The notes under the pieces: generated by a model | Databases searched by the model: none | Told to the model about the DNA's origin: nothing | The model's input: the letters and a program-made list of their open reading frames with translations, nothing else | In this document: positions 39,769 to 53,177 of the stretch, in pieces | How positions within the stretch are numbered: the first letter of the stretch is position 1 | Layout of the letters: every line of letters starts with the position of its first letter | Position numbers and translations under genes: made by a program | Source of the DNA: Eledone cirrhosa | Lineage: Eukaryota | Assembly (NCBI GenBank): GCA_964016885.1 | Contig: OZ024740.1 | Location: 373,922,001-373,986,000 of the forward strand | DNA: 64,000 bases | Direction of reading: 5' to 3'

Positions 39769-39885
39769 CATAATTGTTTCTATTACCCACTCTACTACCC
39801 TAAGTATTGAGTACTTTGGAGCGTTATGGTGCATCTGGTTCCTTACCACAATTCCTTCGTTATATATATATATATATATATTTAC

Positions 39886-40031
<146 letters not shown>

Positions 40032-41336
40032 TTATAACTGACACCAAAGTTGCGAAGCCGCCGTTAATAAATTGGAGGATTGGACATACATTATGAAAGC
40101 CACCTTCTTAAAGACTTACATTAACATCAACATTGGACCATATGATAGAAGGAATAACATAGCAAATTAATATTTCTAAAGGATTTAATTCCTCCCAGTA
40201 TTTATCGCTCCAAATTCTCCCAAGTTAATCGTTACCGTTAATCTATCTGGTGTCAAGGAAATATACTATGAATGACTTACAATAAACCCTTCCCCAAAAT
40301 TGCAAAAATATAAACTAGTTATATGTATCAGTCATTTCTTGCATGGGAACGAGGTCATGATAGACCACTGAAATGCCTTTTATTTATAATTTATCCTTAT
40401 CCTAACTATATTTTTCAAGTAGTTTTAAATTCATTAAAATCTTCGGTTACACCACAGAACAATATCATACTTTCTTTCATAATGTGACACAAACACCTTA
40501 CACCAGAAGAAATAAAACATGAAAAACAAACTTAATTTATTGCAATTATATTCTAATTAAGACCATATGTCGGATGAAGGTAAAGTTTTCACCTAATAAT
40601 TTGGGGTTAAATTATATCTATAAGAACGTTTTGTACTGAAAACATTCAAAACAGAATTGAAACACAAACGGCATTCACACGGTCGAATATATTTGATTTT
40701 ACCAATGTACAAACTTTTCAGTTTGTTGTAGCTTTTCAATTATATTCTTTTCTTAATGGCTTTCTCTTTCCTTATATTTATTTATTTATTCATTTCAGAA
40801 ATAGTCTACAACGAAAAGGAGTTTCCAATAAAATTAATAATTTTGCCGTAGGGAAAAAATTCGGTATATCGCTATATATTAGACATTTTATTGGGATATA
40901 TATATTTCATTAGACACCGATATTAATAATTTTAATATCTATAAATTCTCTTTCATGATAAAAGAACAAATATTCTAATATTTTTAAAATGTTTCAGGAA
41001 CATATATTTTAATATTTCAATTGACATGAGAATAACAGTTGTATATACACATTCGTAAAATGTTTGTTAATTTTCCGAAACAACTACAATTTATTTAAAA
41101 TAACATTTTAATATCGTTACAAGATTAAACATTTACAATTGAAAACCCATTTTGCGACTTCAATTATAACCGGTTAATACGAACACCATGCAATATACAG
41201 TAAACCAAAAATAACATGCAACAGTCAATATGCTGCCACAAAACTGTATATTAAACAGTCAGTACTAATTTGTGACGCGCACGTGATGTGGTACACACGC
41301 TTCGTTAGATATAACACTAGATTTACTGTTTTATGA

Positions 41337-41535
41337 AGGCGTGTGGTTGATTGGTTAGAGAACTGGACTCGCTATCAGGAGGTTGTCAGTTCGATTCCTG
41401 GACCGGGTGATGCGTTATGTCCTTGAACAAGGCACTTTTCATGTTGCTCCTTCTACGTGGAGTTGCGACCGACAGATAGTATTAGTAATTGTAAAGATCA
41501 ACGGAAACATTGTTTCCTCGGTCCGATTTGACCAA
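41337..41535 (+). mobile_element. tRNA-derived SINE
   Basis: A-box TGGTTGATTGG, B-box GTTCGATTCC, then tgtccttgaacaaggcactt core. Confidence 0.8.
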
Positions 41536-42138
41536 AGTCGATCAACACATTTTTTTGTTATGGATCATTTCTACAGACACTATACAAGGCTCCCCTGGTC
41601 TATGGAAGTGGTATCATAAGCGGCATGTGACAGGGGCTAAACAATTTCATCAATTCTTCCATATTTGCTCGCATATAAACCCATTAGTCTTACCCTAAAG
41701 ATAGTACCGAACTGGCACTATATTGACAGTTATCCTCTATACAGCCTCGACTAATTTCACACCTACTTCAGGACTATATCATGTTTTCAATCTTTAATAG
41801 TATTTTCCCGTGATACATCATTCGCATTCCAATTTATTATTTGCCCCACATATATCACCTGAGATTCGCACCACATATGCTCTCACATCATTAAAGGACA
41901 TTGCCCCAATAGTTTCATTTCCTCGTTTGTGGATGTTTCTTATGTTGTATTTTTGTTCACAGAAGGCGGTGGTTGGAAGTCAATAAAGCTTCGGACAAAT
42001 GATTACTAGCATTTTTCCGTTGTTTTAATATCTAAGTTGAAATCGCAACGAGTTCGATAGTATAAGGTAAAAATAACGATTGGAAATTCGCATATTAATT
42101 GTGTATACATAAGGAAGCAAATGCCCCCCCCCCCCTCC

Positions 42139-42182
<44 letters not shown>

Positions 42183-42845
42183 ATGTAAAAGGTGAACAGA
42201 AATAACAACACAATCGGTACAGTATATGGAAGGGATATATTAGGTTAACGCTTGATATTATGTGTGTGTGTTGTCTTAGTGTGAATGAGTAAATACATTT
42301 CCCATATTTATTTGATCCTCTCTCCTTCTCATCACGTGGGTCTGTGTATTCGTTATTCTTTTTGGGGAAAATATTATTTACTAATTCACACACATACACA
42401 GGTCTATGTAAGAGAGTCGCATGTACCATTTCAGAGAATCTTGAGTAAAACATTAGCTTGTAAGATTAGAGTGTTCGGCATATTTTTACTGAATTTATCA
42501 TTGAATCGCGAAGATTATTTACTGTGCTTCGTATAGGTTTCCTGCTAAATTTAATTTACATAACTTATACTACATTAAAGTTTCCCACTAAAATTATATT
42601 AGTATGTCGTGTACTCTAGTATATGAAATCTATATACGAAATGGCCATATATTGTTTATACATATTCATTTATGATCATGGCATTATATTATCAAATTTT
42701 ATGATTTGTCACGCCTGGTGTATTTATTTTTCTTGTATTTTATCATTTGTTTTACAAATTTCAGTGATTTCCGTAAAATACTGTAGGAAAGAATTTGATC
42801 CTTTAAGAAATATAATAGAACACAATTAATTTGTGCAAATAGAAT

Positions 42846-42888
<43 letters not shown>

Positions 42889-43055
42889 GCTATTTATAGT
42901 TATGAATATACTATAAACAACTATAAACGGGAAAGATCAGTATTTTCTTACTACCTTATTACCAGTAAGAGATAAAGCTCAAAATAAGAACATCAGGTGT
43001 TTTACAGAGCAGGAAAATAAATTAGACAATTATCAAAGTTGTGTTTAAATGATTT

Positions 43056-43109
43056 AATAGCTGACAATCGTTTCTGCCCAACTTTCGTTTGGAGTCATCG
43101 GAGCATTAT
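43056..43109 (-). ncRNA. Minimal type I hammerhead, CCGAUGA variant
   Basis: GCU-CCGAUGA-cuCCAaAC gaaa GUUGGgca-GAAA-C gauu G-UC-AGC. Confidence 0.7.
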
Positions 43110-44377
43110 CAATGTTAGAACATATAATTAACCTCCTATTCAACTAAACAATCATATAGATACATATATAGTTATGTTCTGAGCAACAGTTTCGTATTTA
43201 CAGGGTGTACTGGATGCGACATATATTAAACGACAATTGTACAATAATTCAAATTAAAGCAAAGAGTGGAATACATGCAACAGATAAAACAAGAGAATAG
43301 TCTAATAATTAAAGAGTCATTGACAAAGAAGCATTGAGAGAGGAATAGTACATTAGCAGTACATATGCAAGCGTGTAGAAAGTGAACATGCGTTAGTCAT
43401 ATATATGAGAAGGAAATGCATATATAGATAAATAAATAATGTATGGTAAGCACATATGTTAATGTATTAAAATCTATGGCGGATGTAATATGTTGATAGT
43501 GTTCGAATTTGTGTGTGTTGAGAAAAACAAAGTTATTGCAGTCCTTTCCATTACTTATGTTGAATTATAGTTTAGTTAATGTTTATATTGAATGTTTTAA
43601 GTTAGTTAAAGCAATGCATCGTAAATTAGTCTTAACGTATTCTTATTCATGGATTAGAGTTGTTCAGCAGGCAGGTTTTCCAAATGTTTAATTTCCGGAA
43701 AGATTAACGGGAGCTAATGCGTAAGGGGAGGTAACTAGTTAATTAAATTCAATTATTTAAATTATTTCTTCTAATAAACATTATAATGTGATACAGTGAA
43801 TCTCTATTACATAATGCTATATATTTATACTTAATTTTAAATACAGTGTATTTTCCTATAATACATTAAAGCTCTGATTAGTTTGTTATCTATTCATTAC
43901 TGGACAAGATATATGTTATGGAAACATTGTATAGCTGTCTACATTTCCAAATAGTTATATCATGTGTGTAATAATATACATGATTGTGTTAAAAGTTAAT
44001 CCCTTATATATTTAATTATAAATGTTTATATACTTTATTATTATTATATTGTTTTAAAAGTAAATCCCTTATATACATGCTACTAATTTAAATATTTAAT
44101 TATAAATGTATATGTAATTTATTATTACGTATTACATTAAACGTCTCTACATATTATATATCCATTACTGTATATAATATAATTAAGCTATAGTAGTTAT
44201 ATCAAAAGCTGTTAACTTTATGCTTAATTCTAACAGTTATTGTAGAGTATAAAGTTAGAGACAAATAGGAGTTGTGTAGAGGAAAGAGCTGATCACAGAG
44301 TGTGTTGCTGTGTGGGCTTATATATCCTAGCTGTAAAGTGTTAGTGGTGAGGAATTCAAATCACACATTGGTATATA

Positions 44378-46085
44378 CTAGCAGCTAGGTTTAAAGTTAT
44401 GGAACGAGTGTCGGTAGTGGTGCCGGCATGAGGAAAATATCTCCGACTTTTTATTTAGTAGGTCCAGTTTCGAAAAGATTATAGTACGGATCTCTAGAAG
44501 ACAGAGATTACACAATGTATCCGGTGGTTTATAATATATGGCCCTACCTACTACTTCCCATTGAAGTGCAAATGGTCTATTCCTAGTTTTCAGAGAGTGT
44601 ACGTAGCTAGATAAAGAAGTGAAATGGGCTAGATTGTGTTTTTTGAAAGAGTGGAGGTGCGAGTTGTATCTCGCCTTGAAGCAGTTCGAAGTAGAGCCAA
44701 TATATATTTTAGAAGAGTTGTTTGCATTGACAGTGCATGAGTAGATGATGTCTTTGTTTAAGCAATTAACTAAGGAGCAAGTTCTATTAGTTATACAGTT
44801 AAATTTATTCTGGGTGTGTGCTTGCCGGTTACTATGTTGTGTGGAAGTCTGGTTGCTAGGGATAGCATTAGGGTAATGATGGTTGTCGTTCCTATTGTTA
44901 TTGATTTCATTAGTGATATTACCATTATTATTATTGCTACTAGGATATACAGGTACTATGTTGTTCTGTACGTTTACCCCCTGTTGTGTTTTAATTATTT
45001 GGAAATAATTATTAATGTTCATGTTATTACTACTAGCTATATAGTATGCGATGTTTGGTGTGGTAGAGTAAGAGATTTTAATGGTATTTTTATTTGTTAA
45101 GATTATGGGACTTGTGGCTGGATGGGAAGTTTTTTCCAAGATTGAGAAGAAAGCCTTAGGTAAGTTGGTAGAGACGTTTAGATTGAGAGGGGGATTGAAG
45201 AATGTATTAGTTCTTCTATTTTTGTTTTTTGTAATGTTTTTTTAGGTATTTGAATTCCTGTTTATATTATTGTTTACTTTGTAAATTACCCTTCGTCTTA
45301 GAGTTATAGTTGCTAGTACTTTTATTATTTTTCCCCATCGCCATATTGAGATGAATAATTGTTTCTACTTTAGGCGCAAGGCCAGCAATTCACCAGTGCA
45401 TTACTGGTACTTTATTTTATCGACCCCGTAAGGATGAAAGGCAAAGTCAACCTCGGCGGGATTTGAGGTTGACTCTGCCTTTCATCCTTACGGGGTCGAT
45501 AAAATAGAGTACCAGTAATGCACTGGGTAATTGCTGGCCTTCTGCCTAAAGTAGAAACAATTATTTCTCTCAATATGGCGATGGGGAAACTAATAAAAAT
45601 ATTGAGAGAAATAATGCTGTAACTATGTGATTTTATAGGTAGGAAGTCAATCCCATTCATATGTCCTGATTTAGCAAAGGCTCATTATAGTATTGTGAAT
45701 TATTGTTAAATATTGTTTCATTATATAATAGATTGGAGATGTTATTAGATATTCCTTTAGTAATTGAGTTTAATATGGATTTACTGTGGTTAGATTTGGT
45801 ATACACATAAATTCGTTTTTCGTTTGGTTTATGAAAGGGTGTGTATATTTTAGAGTCTAGGCAAAGGGTAGCATCAAGGAAGTTAACGTTTTTAGTGCTT
45901 TTATCCTAGGTGATACTTAAGTTGAAGTTTTTGAACATTTTGTGTAATTGTTTCCTAGTTTTTTCTATATTAAATTGTTTATAGTCTATAAGGAATAGTG
46001 CATCATCGCGGTATACACCACCGTTGAGGTAGGGTAGGTTCTTATGAATTTCATTTTCTAGATATAGGCCCACCAAATCAGTGAC
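44378..46085 (-). pseudogene. PLE RT (YRDD) + GIY-YIG endonuclease, disrupted
   Basis: VTDLVGLYL...GGVYRDDAL...VNFLDATL...PFHKPNE...SNH...FFNPP...IKISYSTTPN...IIYSCTV...YIGST...FKARYNSH...TSLSSYV...W...CNLCLLE...LLNKKSEIFSSCRH. Confidence 0.92.
45320..45615. mobile_element. Fold-back SINE insertion with ~17 bp TSD and an inverted copy of the target flank
   Basis: Arms 45320-45454 and 45465-45598. Direct repeat atattgaga(t/g)(g/a)aataat at 45343-45359 and 45599-45615. Confidence 0.85.
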
Positions 46086-46118
46086 TTGAATAGGAGGTTA
46101 ATTATATGTACAAACATT

Positions 46119-46173
46119 AATAATGCTCCGATGATACCAAACGAAAGTTTGGAAGAAACGGTTGTCAGCTATT
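46119..46173 (+). ncRNA. Minimal type I hammerhead, CCGAUGA variant
   Basis: AAUAauGCU-CCGAUGA-UaCCAAAC gaaa GUUUGGaA-GAAA-C gguu G-UC-AGCUAUU. Confidence 0.75.
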
Positions 46174-46210
46174 AAATGAGTTGAACACAACTTTGATAAT
46201 TGTCTAATTC

Positions 46211-46242
<32 letters not shown>

Positions 46243-46244
<2 letters not shown>

Positions 46245-46477
46245 TGGTTACACAACAGTTAGTTCGCCATACCGAGATCAATTGTTTCACATTAACGGAT
46301 CCTCAGGTCGTAATGGGTATAACCATATCCATTACGAGGTGAGGATCCGCAAAGGTGAAACAATTGTTCTCGGTATTGTGAACTAACTGTTGTGTAACCA
46401 CTTCTACCTAACTCGTCCCATGGACTGAGTTCTCTACCCCTATGGATATTACCTTCCAGTGTTGTAGTTGTACCAAT
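46243..46477. mobile_element. Miniature hairpin element (family M) with two opposed minimal hammerheads
   Basis: Arms 46243-46316 and 46328-46401. Consensus of the two arms: CGAG-CUGAGGA-uCC loop GGu-GAAA-CAAUUG-UU-CUCG. Tail extends to ~46477. Lies between (TA)n tracts. Confidence 0.75.
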
Positions 46478-46548
46478 ATATTTATATATATATATAAATA
46501 TATACATATATATATATATATTTAGATATATATGCATATATATATATA

Positions 46549-46648
<100 letters not shown>

Positions 46649-46709
46649 TATATATATAGATATATATATATATAGATATATATAGATATAAATATATATA
46701 TATATATAA

Positions 46710-46744
<35 letters not shown>

Positions 46745-46885
46745 AATATATATATATTAAAATATATATATATATATATATATTAAAATATAATATTAAA
46801 GTTGAAGCAAAGAATCGAGCTCTCACTGGATTTTAGTCTTCACATGTATTATTATTACTATATTCAGATATATATATATATATAT

Positions 46886-48177
46886 AGTAATAATAATAAA
46901 TTTGAAAACTAAAATGCAAAGAGGGCTCGATAATGATAAATATATATCAAATATATAAGAACCGTAGAGCACATATTTATTAAAATAACATATTAAAGTT
47001 TAAGGAAATAATCGCTGCGTTCACCCTTAACGGGATTTCAGAAACTAATAAAATCAATTTGTGAACGCAGAAGTAAATATTTCGAAAAACGATGCAACAG
47101 AAGGAAGACAGGAACACGATAATTTGGTTCGTGGAAACGTTCCCTGGCAAAGAACGGGAAAAAACGAAGATAATACGTCATTATTTGGAATGCTGAAAAC
47201 AATTACACGCAAAGATAAAACCACATTTATGGTATACATGAAGTCGTAGACTAATATTCTATTAGATGGTTCGTGGAGATGTTCTCTTGCAATGAAAGGA
47301 AAAACGAAGATAATACGTCCGTATGAGGAGCGCGAAGAACAATTACACGCACAGACAATATCACGTTTATGGTATAACTTAAGTCGTAACTAAAATTCTA
47401 TTTAGGAAACCGACTGATTCTCGGCTTCACAGTTAAGAATAATGTAAATAAATTACAGAGGTGTGTGTATATGTGCACTTGTGTTTCGGTTTACGCACCT
47501 TTAGCGAACATATGTGTATTTACTTCTAGGTATGCGTGCGCGCGCGCTATACACGTATTTATGTGTGTATTATACGTTTATATAATTATCTGTATACATG
47601 CACACACACACATATATATATATATATATGTTTTTTATATATATTTGTTTGTGCATTTGGTGTATACGTTCGTATGTGTGCAGGTACAGGCGTTGCGTGG
47701 GTTCTGTATCTGTGTGCGTTTTTTTGTATACGTGCTTGTATTTGCATACCCAAGTCGGGTGTTTCCGCGTATGCATGTGTATGTACGTATATAGATGCGT
47801 GCATGTATATATTTAATTTTTGTTGATTTCAATTACCTCTATAATGTATTTACATTATTCTTAACTCTAAAGCCGAGAATCATTCGGTTTCCTAAATAAA
47901 ATTTTAGTTACGACTTCATTTATACCATAAACATGGTTTTGTTTTTGTGTGTAATTGTTTAACCGCTGCAAATAAGGACGTATTATCTTCATTTTTTCTT
48001 CGTTCTTTGCCAGGGAACGTTTCCACGAACCAAAGTATCGTCTTCCTGCCTTACTTTGGTGGCAACTTTTTTCGAAATATTTACTTCTGCGTTAACAGAT
48101 TGATTTTTTTAGTTTCAGAAGATCCCGTTAAGGGTAAAAGCAGAGATTCTTTGTTTAAACTTTAATCTGTTATTTTA
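46886..48177. mobile_element. Non-coding inverted pLTR pair (family C)
   Basis: Arms 46886-47458 (-) and ~47835-48177 (+) around a TG-rich spacer. Homologous to 14359-15105. Hammerhead-like folds at 46997-47046 (-) and 48111-48161 (+). Confidence 0.85.
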
Positions 48178-49515
48178 TTAGGAATATACTCACTTATTTC
48201 CTAATGTTTGTTGAGTGAGTTGGAATTTGACCGGAGTATCGCAATAAAGGTTCTCCGATAATGTATTTATTTATTTACTCTTGGTGCAACATATATGACA
48301 TTCCCGATATAAGGTTTGATTGTCTCTGTTTTTTTTTTTATATATGAATATTGATTGTTTCTTGTATCTCATTCTGTCATTTTGCACGAGAAAATATCTA
48401 TGCGTGTCAGCAAACGTTCTACACCCATAGATATTTTTTCAAGTTCCAATTGAGTTCAAGCAGGCGGCCTGAATTCCTTTTAGAATTCATTGTCGTGCGC
48501 ATGTATTGTTTTTTGGGGGGTAATATACTTCCTCATTTTGTAATAAGTTTGAGTATTTCTTTAGAACTGCTGGAGTAGTAACCTAACAGATACCTCAGGC
48601 ACTGATGGTGATTATCGCTAAATACTGATATTGGTTAGATTATCAATATTAGTATTATTGGGCACCCATTGAAGAATTATAAGAGCCCACTTGAATATAT
48701 ATTTGTTGATTTTATACAAGCTCCTACATAAATTGATATAATTTCACCCAAATTGTAGGAATCTTATAATGAAACGAGACGTCCGTCTGGGAAGAGATAT
48801 ATTAGATATGTCTCATATGAAATAATACAGCCAATTTTCCACACAATACATTTAGTTAGCACCCCGAACGTTTAATTAGGAATTTACTCAGTTATGTGCT
48901 AATGTTTGTTGAGCGAGTTGGAATTTGGCCGGGGTATCGCAATATGGCTTTCTCCGATAATGTATTTATTTATTATATATATAATTTATTTGGTGTCGAG
49001 ATTCGTTACCTTAAAATAACGTAAATTAAATATTTTGAAATTGAACCGACAACGCTATACATGTTTATATGTGTCTGAAGTATATTTGTGCATAAATTAC
49101 TCCCCTTTATATCTCTCTCTTTAATTATCTATCAGTTGCATTTTCAAACTAAAAACTAAAAAAATTATAACTCCAGATATTTATAGTCTTCCTCTATAGT
49201 CCTACAGTAGCATTTCAAACTTTAATAACTCTATAACTGTTAGATTAAAGCAATATTTTTCTTACTCACACCCTCTCTATTGATTCTATTACGTTTTCCC
49301 ATGTTCTCATTTGTAGGGTATAAATATTGAGTTTTCTCACAAGTTAATCACTACCTTGATTAAATCTTAAACATTTAACATGTCAGGGTATGTCATGTAT
49401 CATTTCATTTTATCTGATGAGGACGTACTATTGAACTTGATTCAAGTACCTCTGAAATATGTATAATAAAATTTAATTGATCACAAGAACATCTATTTTC
49501 TTAATATTTGAATTT
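48178..49515 (+). mobile_element. Probable old Neptune-type PLE fossil with a ~95 bp direct repeat and a hammerhead
   Basis: Direct repeat 48178-48275 / 48876-48972. Decayed NCWSSNL..., DIG* and LAP..FN traces of a GIY-YIG domain. Hammerhead at 49408-49471. Confidence 0.45.
49408..49471 (+). ncRNA. Minimal type I hammerhead with near-palindromic stem III
   Basis: UUUUAU-CUGAUGA-GGAcGUAC.UUGAA cuuga UUCAA GUACcUCU-GAAA-UAUGUA-UA-AUAAAA. Confidence 0.75.
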
Positions 49516-49516
49516 A

Positions 49517-49629
<113 letters not shown>

Positions 49630-52205
49630 TGTGTGTGTGTAGTGTGTGTGTGTGTGTGTGTGTATGTGTGTGTGTATGTGTGTGTTTCTCTGTCTCTCTC
49701 TCTCTTGGTCTCTCTCTAACCCTGTGTGCGTGTACGTGTGCATACTTACATTTATGTATCAGCTGGGCTAGAGTGAGAAATAACATTCTAATTATATATA
49801 TATATATAATATACTCAAACACGTTTGATCCCTTTAGAACTGTATTTTCACCGGATTTCATAACATAATTGGCACTGTAATGTTAATGGCTTATATTTAT
49901 TACACTCTACCCACATTATAATTCGGAAATTTTGAACATTCGTGTTTTTAAAATTATGAAATAAAATGTCTCATGTTGCTTTCACTCTCAATGCAGCATT
50001 ATGTGAAAATTGGTATATATAAACTTAATTATACGTTATTGTTTATTAGCTATTCTTTTTATATCCAGAGGTTATACCGATTCTAACAAATGATAACAAA
50101 TATACCCAGAAGAGAATAACAAAACGTTAAATATTCCATCATCAACATTCTGTGAAATGTTTATTCTGTTATATATTCTTATGATATTAAGACATTTTTT
50201 TCTGAGTGTAAAGTATAATATAACGCTGAACTAAGGAGTTCTTCCTTTTTATTAAGTGTACGAAGTTCTTTCTGAACTTAATAAAAGATTCTAAGAAATA
50301 TTAAGATTCGGAAATACGTTATTTTCTCCATATTAAGAGTGAAGGAAGTAAATAACAACTACTTCATTGTTAATGCATTAGAGAACATGGCATGTGCTAC
50401 TGCAATAGTTATATGGCGAAGTATGCATTGAATTTTAAATAAGCTATTGAAATCCACAACAACCAATCTGTTCATTTCCGAACACAAACGTTATATACAT
50501 TATCAGCAACATCTTAAATCATATAGCATACGGGCATATGGAATATAGTTACGTGAATACAAATTGTTCGGTATCACAGGCGGATACGTATCGAAATGAG
50601 TTAAGAGTGTAGGCCGATTAAATTTTAACTTCACTCTGGAAAATGACAGTTAAGGAGGAAATTATGGATATACATGAGAACATTGTAAAATAAATACACA
50701 AATCCTCACACAAATAAATACAGATATTTACGTAATACACATATATGGAAAAATGTACACCTCCATGCACATCCTGTAGAAGACATCAGTGAGAGACTGT
50801 TATATCGCTAGGATTTGTCCTGTTTATGAAAACATGGTTACTGAGCTCAGCATCAATAGAAATAATCTGAGATTTATTTACGTTAGCTTTTAAGTTCTTA
50901 ATTTTAAATAACAATGTGATTGAAAACTTTGCGCGAAACATATAAAGCTTGTTTAGCAGGATTGACAAAGAATATTAGGATACAATTCTGACTATTCTTA
51001 GATAAATTTCTAAACATGCCAATAGCTTTTTGGCTTTGTCAATTTGCAAAAACCGAGCAAACTTCAAATAAAATAATGTTAAACTAGTTCTAATTCGGAG
51101 CAGTACGGAGATATTGATTCAGATTTGCATACGACATATATTAGTAGAGATGTCCTTATATTAAAACCGAGTGATAATATTCAGAAGGGATACTTTCCTG
51201 ACAGAAAATAAAATTAAAAAAGAACTATGTATTACATCCAGTCATTAAATTTTCGTATAAAAGAACATCTTAATCTATTATCTTCTTTTGAAAATGCATT
51301 AGAAAAATCTAAAATTCGTATACGATCTTTAGAAACATTTTCAAAACCTTCCACAATAAAAAATGTATTATACGTATACAGATTCCAATCTAAGACAAAG
51401 CATTGCCCCACTATATACAGCCCACTACTTTTTATGAGACAATTTGTCTATTACATATAAATGAATAATTTGTTTGTTTTACCTGTTCTTTCTCTATCCC
51501 GCAATCGTTTATGTATATAATAAAACACTTTTTTTTCAATCATGAAATATTGATTTAGTTGGGTGATATTTTAGGAAGTCGTATTTGACTTGTTATGTAT
51601 TTTGGATGGGCTTCATTGTGTCATGTGTTCACATTTACTTTTAGGGCATGCAGATAAAATCAAGAATAATAGAATGAGAAGTACATGAAAATACAAATAT
51701 TCTCTTTAAAAGAGATCCTATGGGGACGGATTTTATATTTGGAATATGTAAATCCTGCTAAGAAAAACGGGTTTTAGCGGAAATTTCTTTGGAGTTATGC
51801 TTTTGTCTTTTAACTTAAGATGAATGAGTGGGAATGCACCTGCGCTTGTGTATGTATATAGCTGCAAATGTATAGGGTTGCTTCGTTGTATTCATCTAGA
51901 GATCGTTATATATTGTATATTGGGAGGCAATTAAATACTTGTGGTCAATGCATAGTTTTATGTTATCTATTCTCTGTTGCTCAGTAAAAGACTCAAAGCA
52001 TTTAGAGATCGGTAAATTCTGAAACAGGGGAAGGCTATTCCTTCATATGTTTACAAGGGTCTACTTATGGTGATTTCAACAAAGAACCTTTCGCGGTGTA
52101 TGTCCTATGTATTTCTACAAACATCTACATAATGTAATCGCAAAACAATATTTTCCGAGTTGCAAGTGAAATTCCATTTTGCACTGAAGGTTTGCCCATG
52201 CTTAC

Positions 52206-52311
52206 ATTTGATTTCCCGTCCGATAAACAAGTAGTGTAGTTTGTTCTTCTGTATTTTGTAACAGTGGAGTTGATGTCTTGTTTTGGGGATTTTGCACCAG
52301 TAAGGAAATGT
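52206..52311 (-). CDS. Candidate upstream host exon (frame uncertain)
   Basis: Strong donor AAAT|gtaagc and weak acceptor ctaag|. All three frames are open; one (ISLLVQNPQNKTSTPLLQNTEEQTTLLVYRTGNQ) is phase-compatible with exon 37090-37199. Confidence 0.3.
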
Positions 52312-52777
52312 CTTAGTATTAATAGATTAGTGTTCAGTTTAAACACAAAGTTAAGAAAGAGTGAACCTATCAATAAAACGAATAATTGTATGTGGACATG
52401 AATTGTTTACAAAGTCGGGCGGTCTCGATAAAAAAGTCAACAAACGTTCAACTCGCTATGGAGTCTTATAATTCTTAAACATGAATTGCAATGACTATAA
52501 ACTATGTACATATCTATTAAGCGCTAAAGTTGTTTATGACGCTAGAAAACATATTTTAAATGAATTTTTTCAAAATCAATCAAGAATATTTTTGGTCGCA
52601 TTTCAATATTATTTTTGCTTTCGATTTCATTGCTATAGAATGTATTTTTAGTATATTCAGCAATACTTCGAACAAACTACATATTATTTTAACTTGAACT
52701 TATATATACCAAATCTTTCTGCTTAACGAAATTTGTGAATTGTTCTCTGCGCGTTTTCTAAGTTCCCAAGAGCAAAC

Positions 52778-52888
<111 letters not shown>

Positions 52889-52940
52889 CAGACATATATA
52901 TATATATATGCATATGTCTGTGTGTATGTGTGTGCGTGTG

Positions 52941-53041
<101 letters not shown>

Positions 53042-53058
53042 TTATATATATATACATA

Positions 53059-53105
<47 letters not shown>

Positions 53106-53177
53106 TTATATATATATACATATCTATATATATATTTATATCTCTATATATATATATAATATATATAAATATATATA

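Larger units (their letters stand above)
37322..39862 (+). mobile_element. 5'-truncated Hydra-clade-type PLE (family K) with inverted upstream pLTR, in (TA)n
   Basis: Inverted pLTR at 37322-37700, ORF remnant at 37760-38730, 3' pLTR plus tail at ~39395-39862. (TA)n on both sides. Confidence 0.9.
42887..46212 (-). mobile_element. 5'-truncated Hydra-clade-type PLE (family L) with inverted pLTR, in (TA)n
   Basis: RT-EN remnant from 46085 down to 44378, long AT-rich 3' UTR, pLTR end at ~43020-43143. Inverted pLTR copy at 46086-46212. (TA)n on both sides. Confidence 0.9.

Noticed and set aside
41337-41410. tRNA gene
   Set aside because: The A and B boxes run into a SINE body and there is no intact cloverleaf.
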